Assembly: GCA_965199855.1 (NCBI GenBank)
Contig: OZ241326.1
Location: 1,408,001-1,472,000 of the forward strand
DNA: 64,000 bases
Reading direction: 5' to 3'
DNA from: a bacterium
GTDB taxonomy: Bacteria > UBA8248
Position numbers and translations under genes: made by a program. Each line of letters starts with the position of its first letter. Position 1 is the first letter of the stretch. The notes below the pieces were generated by a model that made no database searches, was not told the DNA's origin, and saw nothing but the letters and a program-made list of their open reading frames with translations. This document shows positions 18,435 to 28,383 of the stretch, piece by piece.

Positions 18435-19307
18435 TCAGCCGGCGGAGGCGCGCTCCAGAGCCTTCGAGACGGCGCGCGCGGCATAGACGCCCGCCAGATG
18501 TCGCCTGAAATCCGCGCTCGCGTAGAAGTCGTCGAGCGGCTCGACGCCTTCGCCCGCCTTCTTCGCCGCCGCGCGAATCTCCTCCGCGTCCGGGGCGGTT
18601 CCGGCGAGGGCGCTCTCTACGCCCGAGGCGCGGTAGGCGGGGGCGGCCACGCCCGTCACGCCGACCCGGATGGAGGCGATGGCGCCGCCCTCGTCCAGGG
18701 CGAGCTGCGCCGCCGCGCCGCAGACGGCGAAGCCGCTCGCCTGCTGCGCCGCCTTGAGATACGCGCCTCCGCTCCGCGCGGGGGGCGCCGGGAGGCGGAC
18801 GGCGGTGAGAATCTCGCCGGGGGCGAGCGCCGTCTCGTAGGCGCCTGTGAAGAAGGCGTCAATCCCGATGGCGCGCTCGCCTTCCGCGCCCGCGGCGAGG
18901 ACTTCCGCTCCCGCCGCCAGCATGGCGGCCGGATAGTCGGCGGCGGGGTCGGCGTGGGCGAGGGAGCCGCCCAGGGCGCCCCGGTTCCGCACCTGCGCGT
19001 CGCCGATGGCCCCCGCCGCCTCGGCGAGGGCGGGGCATTTCTCCCGAACCAGCGCGGAGCGCTCGATTTCGGCGTGGGTGGTGAGCGCGCCGACGCGAAG
19101 CCCGCCCTCCGATTCGGAAATTCCCGAAAGTCCCTCGACGCGGGAGATGTCGATGAGGAGGTCCGGCCGGGCGAGCCGCGCCTTCAGAACGGGCAGAAGG
19201 CTGTGGCCGCCCGCGAGGAGCTTCGCGTCCTCGCCGCGCTCTTCGAGGAGCGCGATGGCTTCCGCGAGCGTCGCCGGGCGCGCGTAGTCGAAGGGCGCCG
19301 GAATCAT
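18435..19307 (-). CDS. coxM: FAD-binding medium subunit of a CODH/xanthine dehydrogenase family enzyme
   Basis: MIPAPFDYARP, LAGGHSLLP, IGDAQVRNRGALGGSLAHADP. Confidence 0.9.
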   Translation of the reverse strand: MIPAPFDYARPATLAEAIALLEERGEDAKLLAGGHSLLPVLKARLARPDLLIDISRVEGLSGISESEGGLRVGALTTHAEIERSALVREKCPALAEAAGAIGDAQVRNRGALGGSLAHADPAADYPAAMLAAGAEVLAAGAEGERAIGIDAFFTGAYETALAPGEILTAVRLPAPPARSGGAYLKAAQQASGFAVCGAAAQLALDEGGAIASIRVGVTGVAAPAYRASGVESALAGTAPDAEEIRAAAKKAGEGVEPLDDFYASADFRRHLAGVYAARAVSKALERASAG

Positions 19308-21642
19308 GCCGGCGTCCCCTTGCCCGACGCGGCGCGCCAGACCCGCTCGGGGCGCAGCGGCATGTCCACGTGCCTGACGCCGAAGGGCGAAAGGGCGTCG
19401 ATTACGGCGTTCACCACGGCGGGCGTCGAGCCGATGGTGCCGGCCTCGCCCACCCCCTTCGCCCCCAGGGGGTTCACGTCCGTCGGCGTGGTGGTGTGGA
19501 GCAGCTCGAAGCGCGGGAGCCGGTTCGCCTTGGGCAGGGCGTAGTGCATGAGCGAGGCGTTGAGCGGCTGGCCGCCCTCGCCGTAGATCATCTCCTCCTC
19601 GAGCGCCTGGCCCATCCCCTGGGCGATGCCGCCGTGAATCTGCCCGCGCACGAGCAGGGGGTTGATCATGTTGCCCACGTCGTCCACCGCCACGTAGCGG
19701 AGAATCTCCACCTCGCCCGTTTCCGGGTCCACCTCGGCCAGGACTACGTGCGCGCCGAAGGGGAAGGTGAAGTTGCCCGGCTCGAAGAAGTGCGTCTCCT
19801 CGAGCCCCGGCTCGGTGTCCTCGGGAAGCTCGATTGCGCTGTAGGCCATCTGCGCGACGTCGGCGAAGCTCGCCGATTTCTCGGGCGCGCTCCGCACGAA
19901 CACCCGGCCGCCCTCGAAGTCGATGTCGTTCGCGTCCGCCTCGAGTTTGAGCGCCGCGAATTTCGCCATCTTGCCGCGCACCTTGTCGCGCGCATAGACG
20001 ACCGCCGAGCCGCCCACCACCGTCCCCCGGCTGCCGAAGGTGCCGACCCCGTAGGGCACCACGTCGGTGTCGCCGTGGATGACGGTCACGTCCCCGGGGT
20101 CGATGCCCAGCCCGTCGGCCACGATTTGGGCGAAGGAGGTCTGCTGGCCCTGGCCGTGGGGCGAGGCGCCCGAGAAGACGGTGGCCTTGCCCGTGGGCTC
20201 CACGCGCACGCGCGCGCTCTCCCAGCCCTGGCCGCCCAGGGCGGCGGAGGGGCCCATGCCGCAAATCTCGACGTAGGTGGAAAGCCCGATTCCGAGACAG
20301 CGGCCCTCTTTTCGCGCCTCCTCCTGCCGCGCGCGCATGGCGGGGTAGTCGGCGGCCTCGAGGGCGCGATCCAGCGCGGCGTGATAGTCCCCGCTGTCGT
20401 AGGTGAGGCCGGCGGAGGTGGCGAAGGGGAACTCGGACTTGTCGGGAAAATTCCTGCGGCGGATTTCCACCGGGTCCATGCCCAGCTCGCGCGCCGCCAC
20501 GTCCATCATCCGCTCGAGGATGTAGGTGGCCTCGGGCCGGCCCGCGCCCCGGTAGGCGTCCGTGGCTATCTTGTTGGTGAACACGCCGGTGGCGCTCATC
20601 TCGATGTTCTTGATCCTGTAGGGGCCGGGCAGCATGAGGCCCGTCAGCGTGAAGATGGCCACGGTGAGCAGCTGGTAGTAGGCGCCGCAGTCGGCGAGAA
20701 CCTCGTAGCGGAACGCGGTGATGGAGCCGTCCTTTTTCAGCCCCATCTCCACCTCGCCCACCTGGCCGCGCCCGTGAATGGTGGTCATGAAGTTCTCGGA
20801 GCGGCTCTCGATCCATTTGATCGGAAGGCCCAGCTCGCGCGAGACGTAGGCGGCGAGCGCCTCCTCCCGGTAGATGTTGAGCTTGCTGCCGAAGCCGCCG
20901 CCCACCTCGGGGGCGATGACGCGCATACGGTTCTCCGGCATCCCGATCTGGCCCGCCACCAGCGTGCGCACCTTGTGGGGCACCTGGGTGGAGGTCCAGA
21001 GCGTCATCCTGTCCTCGCCCGGCAGGTAGTGCGCCAGAACGCCCCGGGGCTCGAGCGCCAGGGGCGCCACGCGCGCGTTCGTGATGCGCTCCTTCACGAT
21101 GACGTCGGCCTCTTTGAAGCCGCCTCCACGTCCCCGCCGGAGATGCCCCACTTGAACGCCTCGTTGCTCTCATACGCCTCGTGGACTTTCGGCGCGTCCG
21201 CCTCCAGGGCGCGCTCGATGTCCACCACGGCGTCGAGCGGCTCGTAATCGACCTCCACCAGATCCGCCGCGTCCCGCGCCCCGTAGCGCGTCCGCGCGAT
21301 CACCACGGCGACGGGCTCGCCCGCGAAGAGCGCCTTCCTGTCCGCCAGCGCGGGCTGTTCGGGAACCTTGGCGTCGGGAACGAGGCCGCCCACCGGAACG
21401 GGGCCGATGGCTTTCGTATCCTCATGCGTATAGACGGCGACGACGCCCTCCGCCGCCTTCGCTTTGGAGACGTCGACCGAGCGGATGGCGGCGTGGCCGT
21501 AGGGGCTCCGCGCCACCGCCATGTGCAGGGTTCCGGGCGGGCTGAAGTCGTCCACGTAGTGGGCGAGGCCCTGGATGAGGCGCGGGTCGTCCCGCCTCTT
21601 GATGGGCGCGCCGATGAACTTCGGGGCCGGTGCCTGGGCCAT
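19304..21642 (-). CDS. coxL: Molybdopterin large subunit (form II CoxL/CutA-like), with a 1-nt frameshift near 21118
   Basis: ORFs 21094-21642 and 19304-21151 join at GDVEAA/FKEAD; VGGGFGSK, AYRGAGR, QIHGGIAQG, GAKGVGEAG. Confidence 0.85.
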
Positions 21643-21645
21643 CCC

Positions 21646-22110
21646 TTATTCCCTCATCTGGTCCGCGGCGGCCGAGATGGCGTCCACGATGTTCTGGTAG
21701 CCCGTGCAGCGGCAGATGTTCCCCTCGATGCCGCGCCGTATCTCCGCCTCCGAGGGCGCGGGGTTCGACCCGATGAGCTCGTGCGCCGTGAGAATCATGC
21801 CCGGCGTGCAGTAGCCGCACTGGAGGCCGTGCTTCTCCCAGAACTGCTCCTGGAGGGGGTGGAGCCGCTCGCCGTCGGCCAGCCCCTCGATGGTCGTGAC
21901 CTCGCAACCCTCCGCCTGGACGGCGAGGGCGGTGCAGCTCTTCACCGCCTTGCCGTCGAGCAGGACGGTGCAGGCGCCGCATATCGAGGTTTCGCAGGCG
22001 ACGTGCGCGCCCGTGAGCCCGGCCTCGTCGCGCAGAAGATGCACCAGGAGGGTTCTCGGCTCCACGTCGAAGGTTCGACTCTCGCCGTTGATCTTGAGGC
22101 TGACTTCCAA
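21646..22110 (-). CDS. coxS: [2Fe-2S] small subunit of a CODH/xanthine dehydrogenase family enzyme
   Basis: [26 protein letters not shown]. Confidence 0.92.
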   Translation of the reverse strand: MEVSLKINGESRTFDVEPRTLLVHLLRDEAGLTGAHVACETSICGACTVLLDGKAVKSCTALAVQAEGCEVTTIEGLADGERLHPLQEQFWEKHGLQCGYCTPGMILTAHELIGSNPAPSEAEIRRGIEGNICRCTGYQNIVDAISAAADQMRE

Positions 22111-22392
22111 GGCTTTCCCCTCGCCTTGAAGAATGGCCGAAGCGCGCCGCAGAGCGGAGCGTCTCCCGCGTCCTCCAGTTTCCTCCCGAACGGTCCATGC
22201 TGGATGATTACCCCGTAATATGGACTACGCGGCGCGAAATGTCAAGGGGAGAATTTCGGGCGGCGGAAGACCCCCGTTGTGCGCGCCGCATCCGCATTCC
22301 GCCGACGCGCGAACGCCCGCAGGTGGCGGCCGAATGAGTCCCTCGCCGCGTTCGCGTCCCGAACCGCGGCCCCATCGCCCATGCCGAACGAC

Positions 22393-22870
22393 GGGCGGGG
22401 CGCATATATGCGCCCCCTACGAAGGCGGGATCGCCGCCCGCCCCCGGCGGCGAAACGCGCGCGATCCGCGACGGTGTCGGGGCTGCGGTTCCGTAGGTGA
22501 AGCGCGAGAGCGCGTCCATTCATGCGTCCCGTTTGCGGGTGGAGACGCGCGGCCGGTTCGCGAACCCCCCTACGGAACCGTCGCCATCTCCCGTCGTCAT
22601 TCCGGCGAAGGCCGGAATCCAGAGGATTGTGATCGTTCCCCGTCGTCAATGAAGGACAACCACAGAGGGGTTGTCCCTGCGAAATGATGAAACCCGCGCC
22701 CCTACGGGAACCGGCACCCATGGGCGACCACCCCGAACGGGCGGTTCCCGAATTGTGGGGCGACCCCGGGGAGGGGGCGTCCCTACGTAACCATCGTCGC
22801 CCCCCGCCCGCCCGTCCGCCGCCGGAGAACCGGTTGCCTCGCCCGTAGGGGACGCATTCATGCGTCCCGT
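22393..22870. repeat. Cluster of GTAG/CTAC-tagged and CGTC-tagged REP-like palindromes
   Basis: GGGGCGCATATATGCGCCCCCTAC, GGTTCGCGAACCCCCCTAC, CGTCATTCCGGCGAAGGCCGGAATCC, GTAGGGGACGCATTCATGCGTCCC. Confidence 0.7.
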
Positions 22871-22958
22871 CCCGCGCCGGAGAATTCGCCGGGCGGAGGC
22901 GTTTCCCCGGGCGTTTGGAGAAGAACCGCCCGCGCCGGAAAGCGGCGCGTGAATGTCT

Positions 22959-23184
22959 GCGAATTTCGACAAAATCAGACAAATTCACGGCCTTATCCCG
23001 CAAATAGGGAGCTGTTTTCCACCTTTTAGAGACCCCTTTGACGACCCTTTGACCATCCCGCCCGGCTCCCGATTCTTCCGCCTTCCCCCCTTCCGGAGGC
23101 GAACTCCCCCACGCCGGAAATATAACCCGACCCGGCCGCCCCCGCGGAAGCGCAGATGCGCGCAAATGCGGGCAGGCGCGCGCG
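22959..23184 (+). repeat. Dispersed intergenic element, copy A
   Basis: GCGAATTTC...CAAATTCACGGCC...CCCTTTGACGACC...CCGGAAATATAACCCG...GCAAATGCGGGCAGG, collinear with the reverse complement of 53975-54203. Confidence 0.7.
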
Positions 23185-23186
23185 AT

Positions 23187-23202
23187 TGTTCCACGTGGAA
23201 CA
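23187..23202. promoter_or_regulatory. parS: parS (ParB-binding centromere site)
   Basis: Perfect palindrome TGTTCCACGTGGAACA, extended to 20 bp at 23185-23204, matching the canonical chromosomal parS consensus; intergenic. Confidence 0.85.
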
Positions 23203-23265
23203 ATTCGGACGCGGAATTTTCGGGGAAAACGTCTTGCGCGCGCCGCGCTTGTTTCGTAGGCTCGG

Positions 23266-23372
23266 CGTCCTCACCCCTGCGAAGGGCGGAATCCGGGGTT
23301 TTTGATCGCTCCCCGTCATCAACGAAGGACGACCACGGGGGGTCGTCCCTGCGAAATCATCGCACCCGCGCC
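23266..23372 (+). repeat. Second, diverged copy of the ~105-bp composite REP unit at 22595-22700
   Basis: GATCGCTCCCCGTCATCAACGAAGGACGACCACGGGGGGTCGTCCCTGCGAAAT vs GATCGTTCCCCGTCGTCAATGAAGGACAACCACAGAGGGGTTGTCCCTGCGAAAT. Confidence 0.75.
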
Positions 23373-23412
23373 GAACGACGGGCGGAGCGCGCGGGACGAG
23401 GAGGAGGCGCGA

Positions 23413-24534
23413 ATGGCCCATGCGGGCTTCGCCACGACCGAGGGCACGAGAGGCTACGCCGAGGCGCATTCGCCGCCCTGCCATCCGGCGCATTTCAGGG
23501 AATCGGGCGGGCTCTGGCTCTCCTCCATCGGAATCGGCACCTATCTCGGCGAGGCGGACGCGGCGACCGACGCCGCCTATCGGGCGTCCGTGGCCGCCGC
23601 CGTCCGGCGCGGGTGCAACGTCATCGACGCGGCGGTCAACTACCGCTTCCAGCGCAGCGAGCGCAGCGTCGGCGCGGCGCTGGACGATTTGTTCCGCGCC
23701 GGCGCGGCGCGCCGGGAGAAGCTGGTCGTCTCCTCCAAGGGGGGATTCATCCCCTTCGACGGGCGCGCCCCGGGGAGTCCGGAGGAGTTCGCCGCCTATA
23801 TGCGGGATGCGTATTTCGACGCCGGCGTCTGCGCGCCGGAGGATATTGCGGCGAACTGCCACTGCATGACGCCCGCGTATCTGCGGCACGAGCTCGAGGC
23901 GAGCCTCGCCAACCTGGGGCTTGAGACCCTCGACATCTACTACGTCCACAACCCCGAGACGCAGCTTCAGGAGGTCTCGCGGGAGGCTTTCCGGGCGCGG
24001 CTGCGGGACGCCTTCGAGGCGCTGGAGGGCGCGGCGGCGGAAGGGAAGATCAGGAGCTACGGCGCGGCGACCTGGAGCGGATTCCGGCTCGCGCCGGAGG
24101 AGGGGGAGTATCTCTCGCTCGGGGAGATGCTGGAGGCGGCGCGGGCGGCGGGCGGGGAGAATCATCGCTTTCGCGCCGTTCAGCTGCCCCTGAACCTGGG
24201 GATGCCCGAGGCTTTCTCGCGCGCGAACCAGCCGCTGGGCGGGGAGACGCGGAGCCTGCTCGCCGCGGCGGCCGAAAGCGGCCTCACCGTGATGACGAGC
24301 GGCTCCATCCTCCAGGGACGCGCCGCGCGGGGGCTTCCTCCGGTGGTCGCCGAGGCGTTTCCGGGCTTTTCCACCGACGCCCAGCGCGCGATTCAGTTCA
24401 CGCGCAGCGCGCCCGGCGTGGCCGTCGCCCTCGTGGGGATGCGCCAGGAGGCGCACGCGCTGGAGAACATGGAGGCGGCGCGGATCCCTCCCGCGCCTCT
24501 GGAGGACTTCATGCGCCTGTTCCGGGAGGAATAG
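23413..24534 (+). CDS. Aldo/keto reductase
   Basis: SSIGIGTY, NVIDAAVNYR, SSKGG, DIYYVHNP; GAGGAGG RBS. Confidence 0.88.
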   Translation: MAHAGFATTEGTRGYAEAHSPPCHPAHFRESGGLWLSSIGIGTYLGEADAATDAAYRASVAAAVRRGCNVIDAAVNYRFQRSERSVGAALDDLFRAGAARREKLVVSSKGGFIPFDGRAPGSPEEFAAYMRDAYFDAGVCAPEDIAANCHCMTPAYLRHELEASLANLGLETLDIYYVHNPETQLQEVSREAFRARLRDAFEALEGAAAEGKIRSYGAATWSGFRLAPEEGEYLSLGEMLEAARAAGGENHRFRAVQLPLNLGMPEAFSRANQPLGGETRSLLAAAAESGLTVMTSGSILQGRAARGLPPVVAEAFPGFSTDAQRAIQFTRSAPGVAVALVGMRQEAHALENMEAARIPPAPLEDFMRLFREE

Positions 24535-24665
24535 CGCGGCGGTCGGCGATTGCGGCTGGCGGAGCCGCGCCGGCGCTTTCCCGCTCCCGCGTTCTCCCCT
24601 AGAATGCGCGCGAATTTCCCTGAACCGGCTTCGTTCGCCATCGTCCATTCTCGCGCGGAGGAATC

Positions 24666-25940
24666 ATGTCCAGACCCTGGTATCACCCGAACCCCATTCG
24701 CGGCGGCGGAGGCGACGCCTACGAGGGCGTGGAGCACGTCCTCGCCGAACCCTGGGAGGAGGAGGCGCGCAACGTCCGCCTCGTCGCCCATTCCGACCTG
24801 AACGGCTGGGGCGACGCCTTTCAGATTCAGGTGGGCGGCGGCATCTGCTACGTCGCCGCCTCGGGCGTGAACGGCCACGACGGCATGACGATTCTCGACG
24901 TCAAGGACCCGGCGAACCCCCGCATCGTGAACCAGATCGTGGACAGCCCGGCGGCGCGCACGCACAAGGTGCTCCGCATCGATGAGGAGGTGCTCATCAC
25001 CAACTCGGAGCTCAGGCCCTCCCTGCGGGAGCGGTATCCCGACGCCGTGGGCGGCCTGCGCGTCTTCGACAACCGGGACCCGTTCCGCCCCCGGTTCGTG
25101 AACTACGTGGAGACGGACGGCTTCGGCGTCCACCGGCCCATCTACGACAGAAAGCGCCGGCTTCTCTACAGCTCGGGCTTCAAGGACGGCTACCGGGGCA
25201 AGGTGCTCCTCGTCCACGACATGAAGGACCCCTGGGCGCCGGAGTTCATCGGCATGGGCGCCATACCCGGCCAGAAGGAGGGGGAGGATCCTTCCTGGGA
25301 CCCCGAAATCGTGGGCGACGGCGCCTGGATTCACGAGGGAAATCCCTGGGGCGACTGCGTCACCGCGGGCTACTGGGACGCGGGCGTCGCCCTCTTCGAC
25401 CTGACCGACCCGACGAAGCCCGAACTCATGTGGCGGCACAATCCCCACGAGACGCACGGCTGGGCGGGCTGCTACCACACCTTCCTGGTGCCGGAAGGCT
25501 CCGCGTTCGGCATCGTCACGCAGGAGACGACCACGGTGAACTGCGATCATCCGCCCGCGTTCGTCACCTTCTACGACCTCAGAAACCCGCTCGCGCCCCT
25601 GCCCGTGAGCACCTTCATGCCCTACGAGATCGACCCCGTCGAGATGCGCCCCCTCGACAGGAAATGGAGCGAGACGGGCTCGCGCCACGGCGCGCACAAC
25701 GTCTGGCTCGACATGACGAAGGACGACCTCATGTACATCTGCTGGTTCAACGCGGGGCTTCGCGTGGTGGACTGGTCGAATCCCTTCCGGCCGAAGGAGG
25801 TGGGCCACTACATCCCCGCCGGGACGAAGGAGCGCTGCTGCCCGCAGAGCAACGACGTTCAGGTGGACAGGGACACGGGCCTCATCTACATGGCCGACCG
25901 CTGGGGGCTGGGTCTCCACATCCTGGAATACACGGGCTAG
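24666..25940 (+). CDS. LVIVD-repeat beta-propeller protein
   Basis: Repeated GMTILDVKDP, GLRVFDNRDP, GVALFDLTDP, GLRVVDWSNP units. Confidence 0.8.
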   Translation: MSRPWYHPNPIRGGGGDAYEGVEHVLAEPWEEEARNVRLVAHSDLNGWGDAFQIQVGGGICYVAASGVNGHDGMTILDVKDPANPRIVNQIVDSPAARTHKVLRIDEEVLITNSELRPSLRERYPDAVGGLRVFDNRDPFRPRFVNYVETDGFGVHRPIYDRKRRLLYSSGFKDGYRGKVLLVHDMKDPWAPEFIGMGAIPGQKEGEDPSWDPEIVGDGAWIHEGNPWGDCVTAGYWDAGVALFDLTDPTKPELMWRHNPHETHGWAGCYHTFLVPEGSAFGIVTQETTTVNCDHPPAFVTFYDLRNPLAPLPVSTFMPYEIDPVEMRPLDRKWSETGSRHGAHNVWLDMTKDDLMYICWFNAGLRVVDWSNPFRPKEVGHYIPAGTKERCCPQSNDVQVDRDTGLIYMADRWGLGLHILEYTG

Positions 25941-26098
25941 GCGCTTCGGGCTTTTCGCTTCTCGCCGGATGGGAGAGGGGGCCGCGGCGGCCGAAGAGCT
26001 GGCGGCCCCCTCTCTATCGCTTCGGGACGCGCGCCCGCCGCTCCTCCCCGGGGGGGAACTGGCGAGCCTCCCGCCGCTGGAGTATTCTCCCCTCGCGC

Positions 26099-26185
26099 GC
26101 CCGGGTGGTGGAATGGCAGACACCGGGGACTTAAAATCCCTTGGCCGACGCGGCCATGCCGGTTCGAGTCCGGCCCCGGGCACCA
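26099..26185 (+). tRNA. tRNA-Leu (anticodon TAA)
   Basis: GCCCGGG/CCCGGGC acceptor stem plus ACCA, D-loop TGGCAGAC, anticodon loop CT-TAA-AA, long variable arm, GGTTCGAGTCC T-arm. Confidence 0.96.
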
Positions 26186-26268
26186 GGGAGCCTTTTGAGC
26201 CGGGCGCCGAGGCGCGGCGAAGGGAATGAACGGCGGCTGTTGGCCTTCAACGAGAAAAGTTTTCGCTG

Positions 26269-26954
26269 CTACTCCTCAACCACCGGAAAGTAGGGTTTTC
26301 CCCAGAGGCTTTCATGCGGTTTGTCCATCATGAGGTCCACGAAGAGCGGAACGAGAACGGCCATGACGTGCGCGCCGTTCTCTACCTGATCCCGGTTGAC
26401 GCTGCTTTTCCATGTCGCCGATCCGTGGACAATCTGGTTGCGCAGGACGTTGAGGCGGTCGAACAGGATGTTGAGAGCTTTCCGGGTCTCCCCCCCCTCG
26501 CCAGTGCCGCGTGGGCAGCCTCCTTATCCTTGTTGAACGAACTCTCCCAGTGCGCGGAGCCGGAACTGTTCCGGGAATGCCAGAACTCCGCGTAAATATA
26601 TTTATTGTCCAGCAAACCCTTCACGGGCTCGGACAGTTCGTTCGAGAGCGCATCGTGGGCGCGTTTGGAGTCGACCTTGAGGATCTTGCCAAAGAATTCG
26701 TCGTATTTGTCGCGCTCCCCCTTTCGCGGTTCTTCTTCTCTCCTTCAGTCCCGCTTGCCGGCATCCACCGCATAGGCGGCGTTGAAGGCGATCCAGTAGA
26801 ACAGGATAGCCGCGTCATCATCCCCGGCGCACGTCCCGGCGCGTTCAATCCAGCTCAGCGACCGGTGAATGCGCAGCGAGACGTTGTCTGGAAATCCGTC
26901 GCGCAGTTTCTGTTGCTTGTCTTTCAGGGATTTGAAATCGAGTCCGTTCGGCAT
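26269..26954 (-). pseudogene. HEPN-domain protein, disrupted
   Basis: LRIHRSLSW...FYWIAFNAAY...LRNQIVHG (RxxxxH)...WGKPYFPVVEE; in-frame TGA at 26745-26747 and a frameshift in the G8 run at 26490-26497. Confidence 0.78.
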
Positions 26955-27088
26955 GTCGCGCTCCCGTTCCATCCGTATCCGCCCGCTTAACAAGGCGGCT
27001 CGCAATATACTACAATACGGCTTGAATTCTCTGCGCCGCTTCATCACGACCTCGCCGCGGCGATGATTCCGTCCTGCGAGGGAGCGCC

Positions 27089-28294
27089 ATGCCGGAACCG
27101 GAGACCGCCGCGCCGCTGAGCGGGTTTCGGGCGCTGGCCTTCACCCAGGTCATCGCGGGGCCCTACTGCGCCGCCATGCTCGCCGACATGGGCGCGGAGG
27201 TGGTGAAAATCGAGCGTCCGGGCCTGGGGGACGACACGCGCCGCATCACCCGCTACGAGGGCAGGGAGGCGCACGAGGACTACTTCTACGCCAACAACCG
27301 CTCGAAGAAGAGCGCGGCCATCAACCTGACGACGCGCGCGGGCGGAGAGGCCGCGCGGGAGCTGGCGCGCCGGGCGGACGTCCTGATCGAGAATCTGGCG
27401 CCGGGCAAGATGGCGGCGCTCGGCCTCGGCTGGGAGGAGGCGCGCGCCCTGAACCCGAAGCTCGTCTATTGTTCGCTGTCGGGCTTCGGGCAGAGCGGGC
27501 CCTATCGGGATCGCGTCGGCCTCGACCCGATTCTCCAGGCCGTCTCGGGCGTGATGAGCGTCACGGGAAGCGGGGAGCCGACCCAGATCGGCGCGCCCCT
27601 GGCGGACGTGCTGGCGGGGATGTTCTCCGCCTACGCGGTGGTGAGCGCCCTCCACGCGGCGGGGCGCGAGGGGCGGGGCCGCTTCATCGACGTGAGCATA
27701 CAGGACGCCATGGTGGCCGCGCTGGGCCCCAGGATGGGGGAGACCCTCCAGGCGGGCGTCTCCCCCGGCCGGTACGGAAACGCGAACCCCATGCGGGTTC
27801 CGGCGAACGCCTACCGGACGAGCGACGGGGAATACGTCGCCGTCATCGTCCAGCACGACGGCTTCTGGCCGGGCTTCTGCCGCGCCCTGGGGCTGGAGGA
27901 ATGGCTGGAGGACGCGCGCTACGCGACCGCGCGGTCGCGGGTGGCGCATCGGGAGGAGATAGACGCCCGCGTCTCCGCGGTTTTCGCCTCCCGCCCGATG
28001 GCGGAGTGGGAGGAGCGGCTGGGGGCCGAGCGCGTGGGCTTCTCCGTGGTGAACGACTACGCGCGCGCCCTGGACGACCCGCAAATCAGGCATCGCGGCC
28101 TCGTCCGGGAGGTCGAGCATCCCTTTTCCGGCAAAATCCGCGTCGTCGGCCCCCCGTGGCGCATGAGCGGGGCGCAGGCCGCCCTCCGCCCTCCGCCGAT
28201 GCTGGGCGAGCACACGGGGGAGGTGCTGCGGGAGTGGCTCGGCTGGACGGAGGGCGAGGTCTCGCGCTTCCTGGCGGGGGAGGGCGCGCGATAG
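27089..28294 (+). CDS. Family III CoA transferase (CaiB/BaiF)
   Basis: IAGPYCAAMLADMGAEVVKIERP, NRSKKS, SLSGFGQSGP, PPMLGEHT. Confidence 0.93.
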   Translation: MPEPETAAPLSGFRALAFTQVIAGPYCAAMLADMGAEVVKIERPGLGDDTRRITRYEGREAHEDYFYANNRSKKSAAINLTTRAGGEAARELARRADVLIENLAPGKMAALGLGWEEARALNPKLVYCSLSGFGQSGPYRDRVGLDPILQAVSGVMSVTGSGEPTQIGAPLADVLAGMFSAYAVVSALHAAGREGRGRFIDVSIQDAMVAALGPRMGETLQAGVSPGRYGNANPMRVPANAYRTSDGEYVAVIVQHDGFWPGFCRALGLEEWLEDARYATARSRVAHREEIDARVSAVFASRPMAEWEERLGAERVGFSVVNDYARALDDPQIRHRGLVREVEHPFSGKIRVVGPPWRMSGAQAALRPPPMLGEHTGEVLREWLGWTEGEVSRFLAGEGAR

Positions 28295-28383
28295 GCGCAG
28301 CGGCGCTGAATCGCCCGGAGAATGCGCTTTTGGATGAATCCCCCTGGCTTCACGCCGGCCCGAAGGCCAGAAAGGATGACGCG

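Noticed and set aside
22200-23400. CRISPR array or coding genes in the large intergenic gap
   Set aside because: No constant repeat-spacer period, no cas genes; the ORFs are low-complexity translations of REPs.
26745-26747. In-frame TGA in the HEPN gene as selenocysteine
   Set aside because: Charged loop with no Cys motif, purine-rich unstructured downstream sequence, and the gene is also frameshifted.
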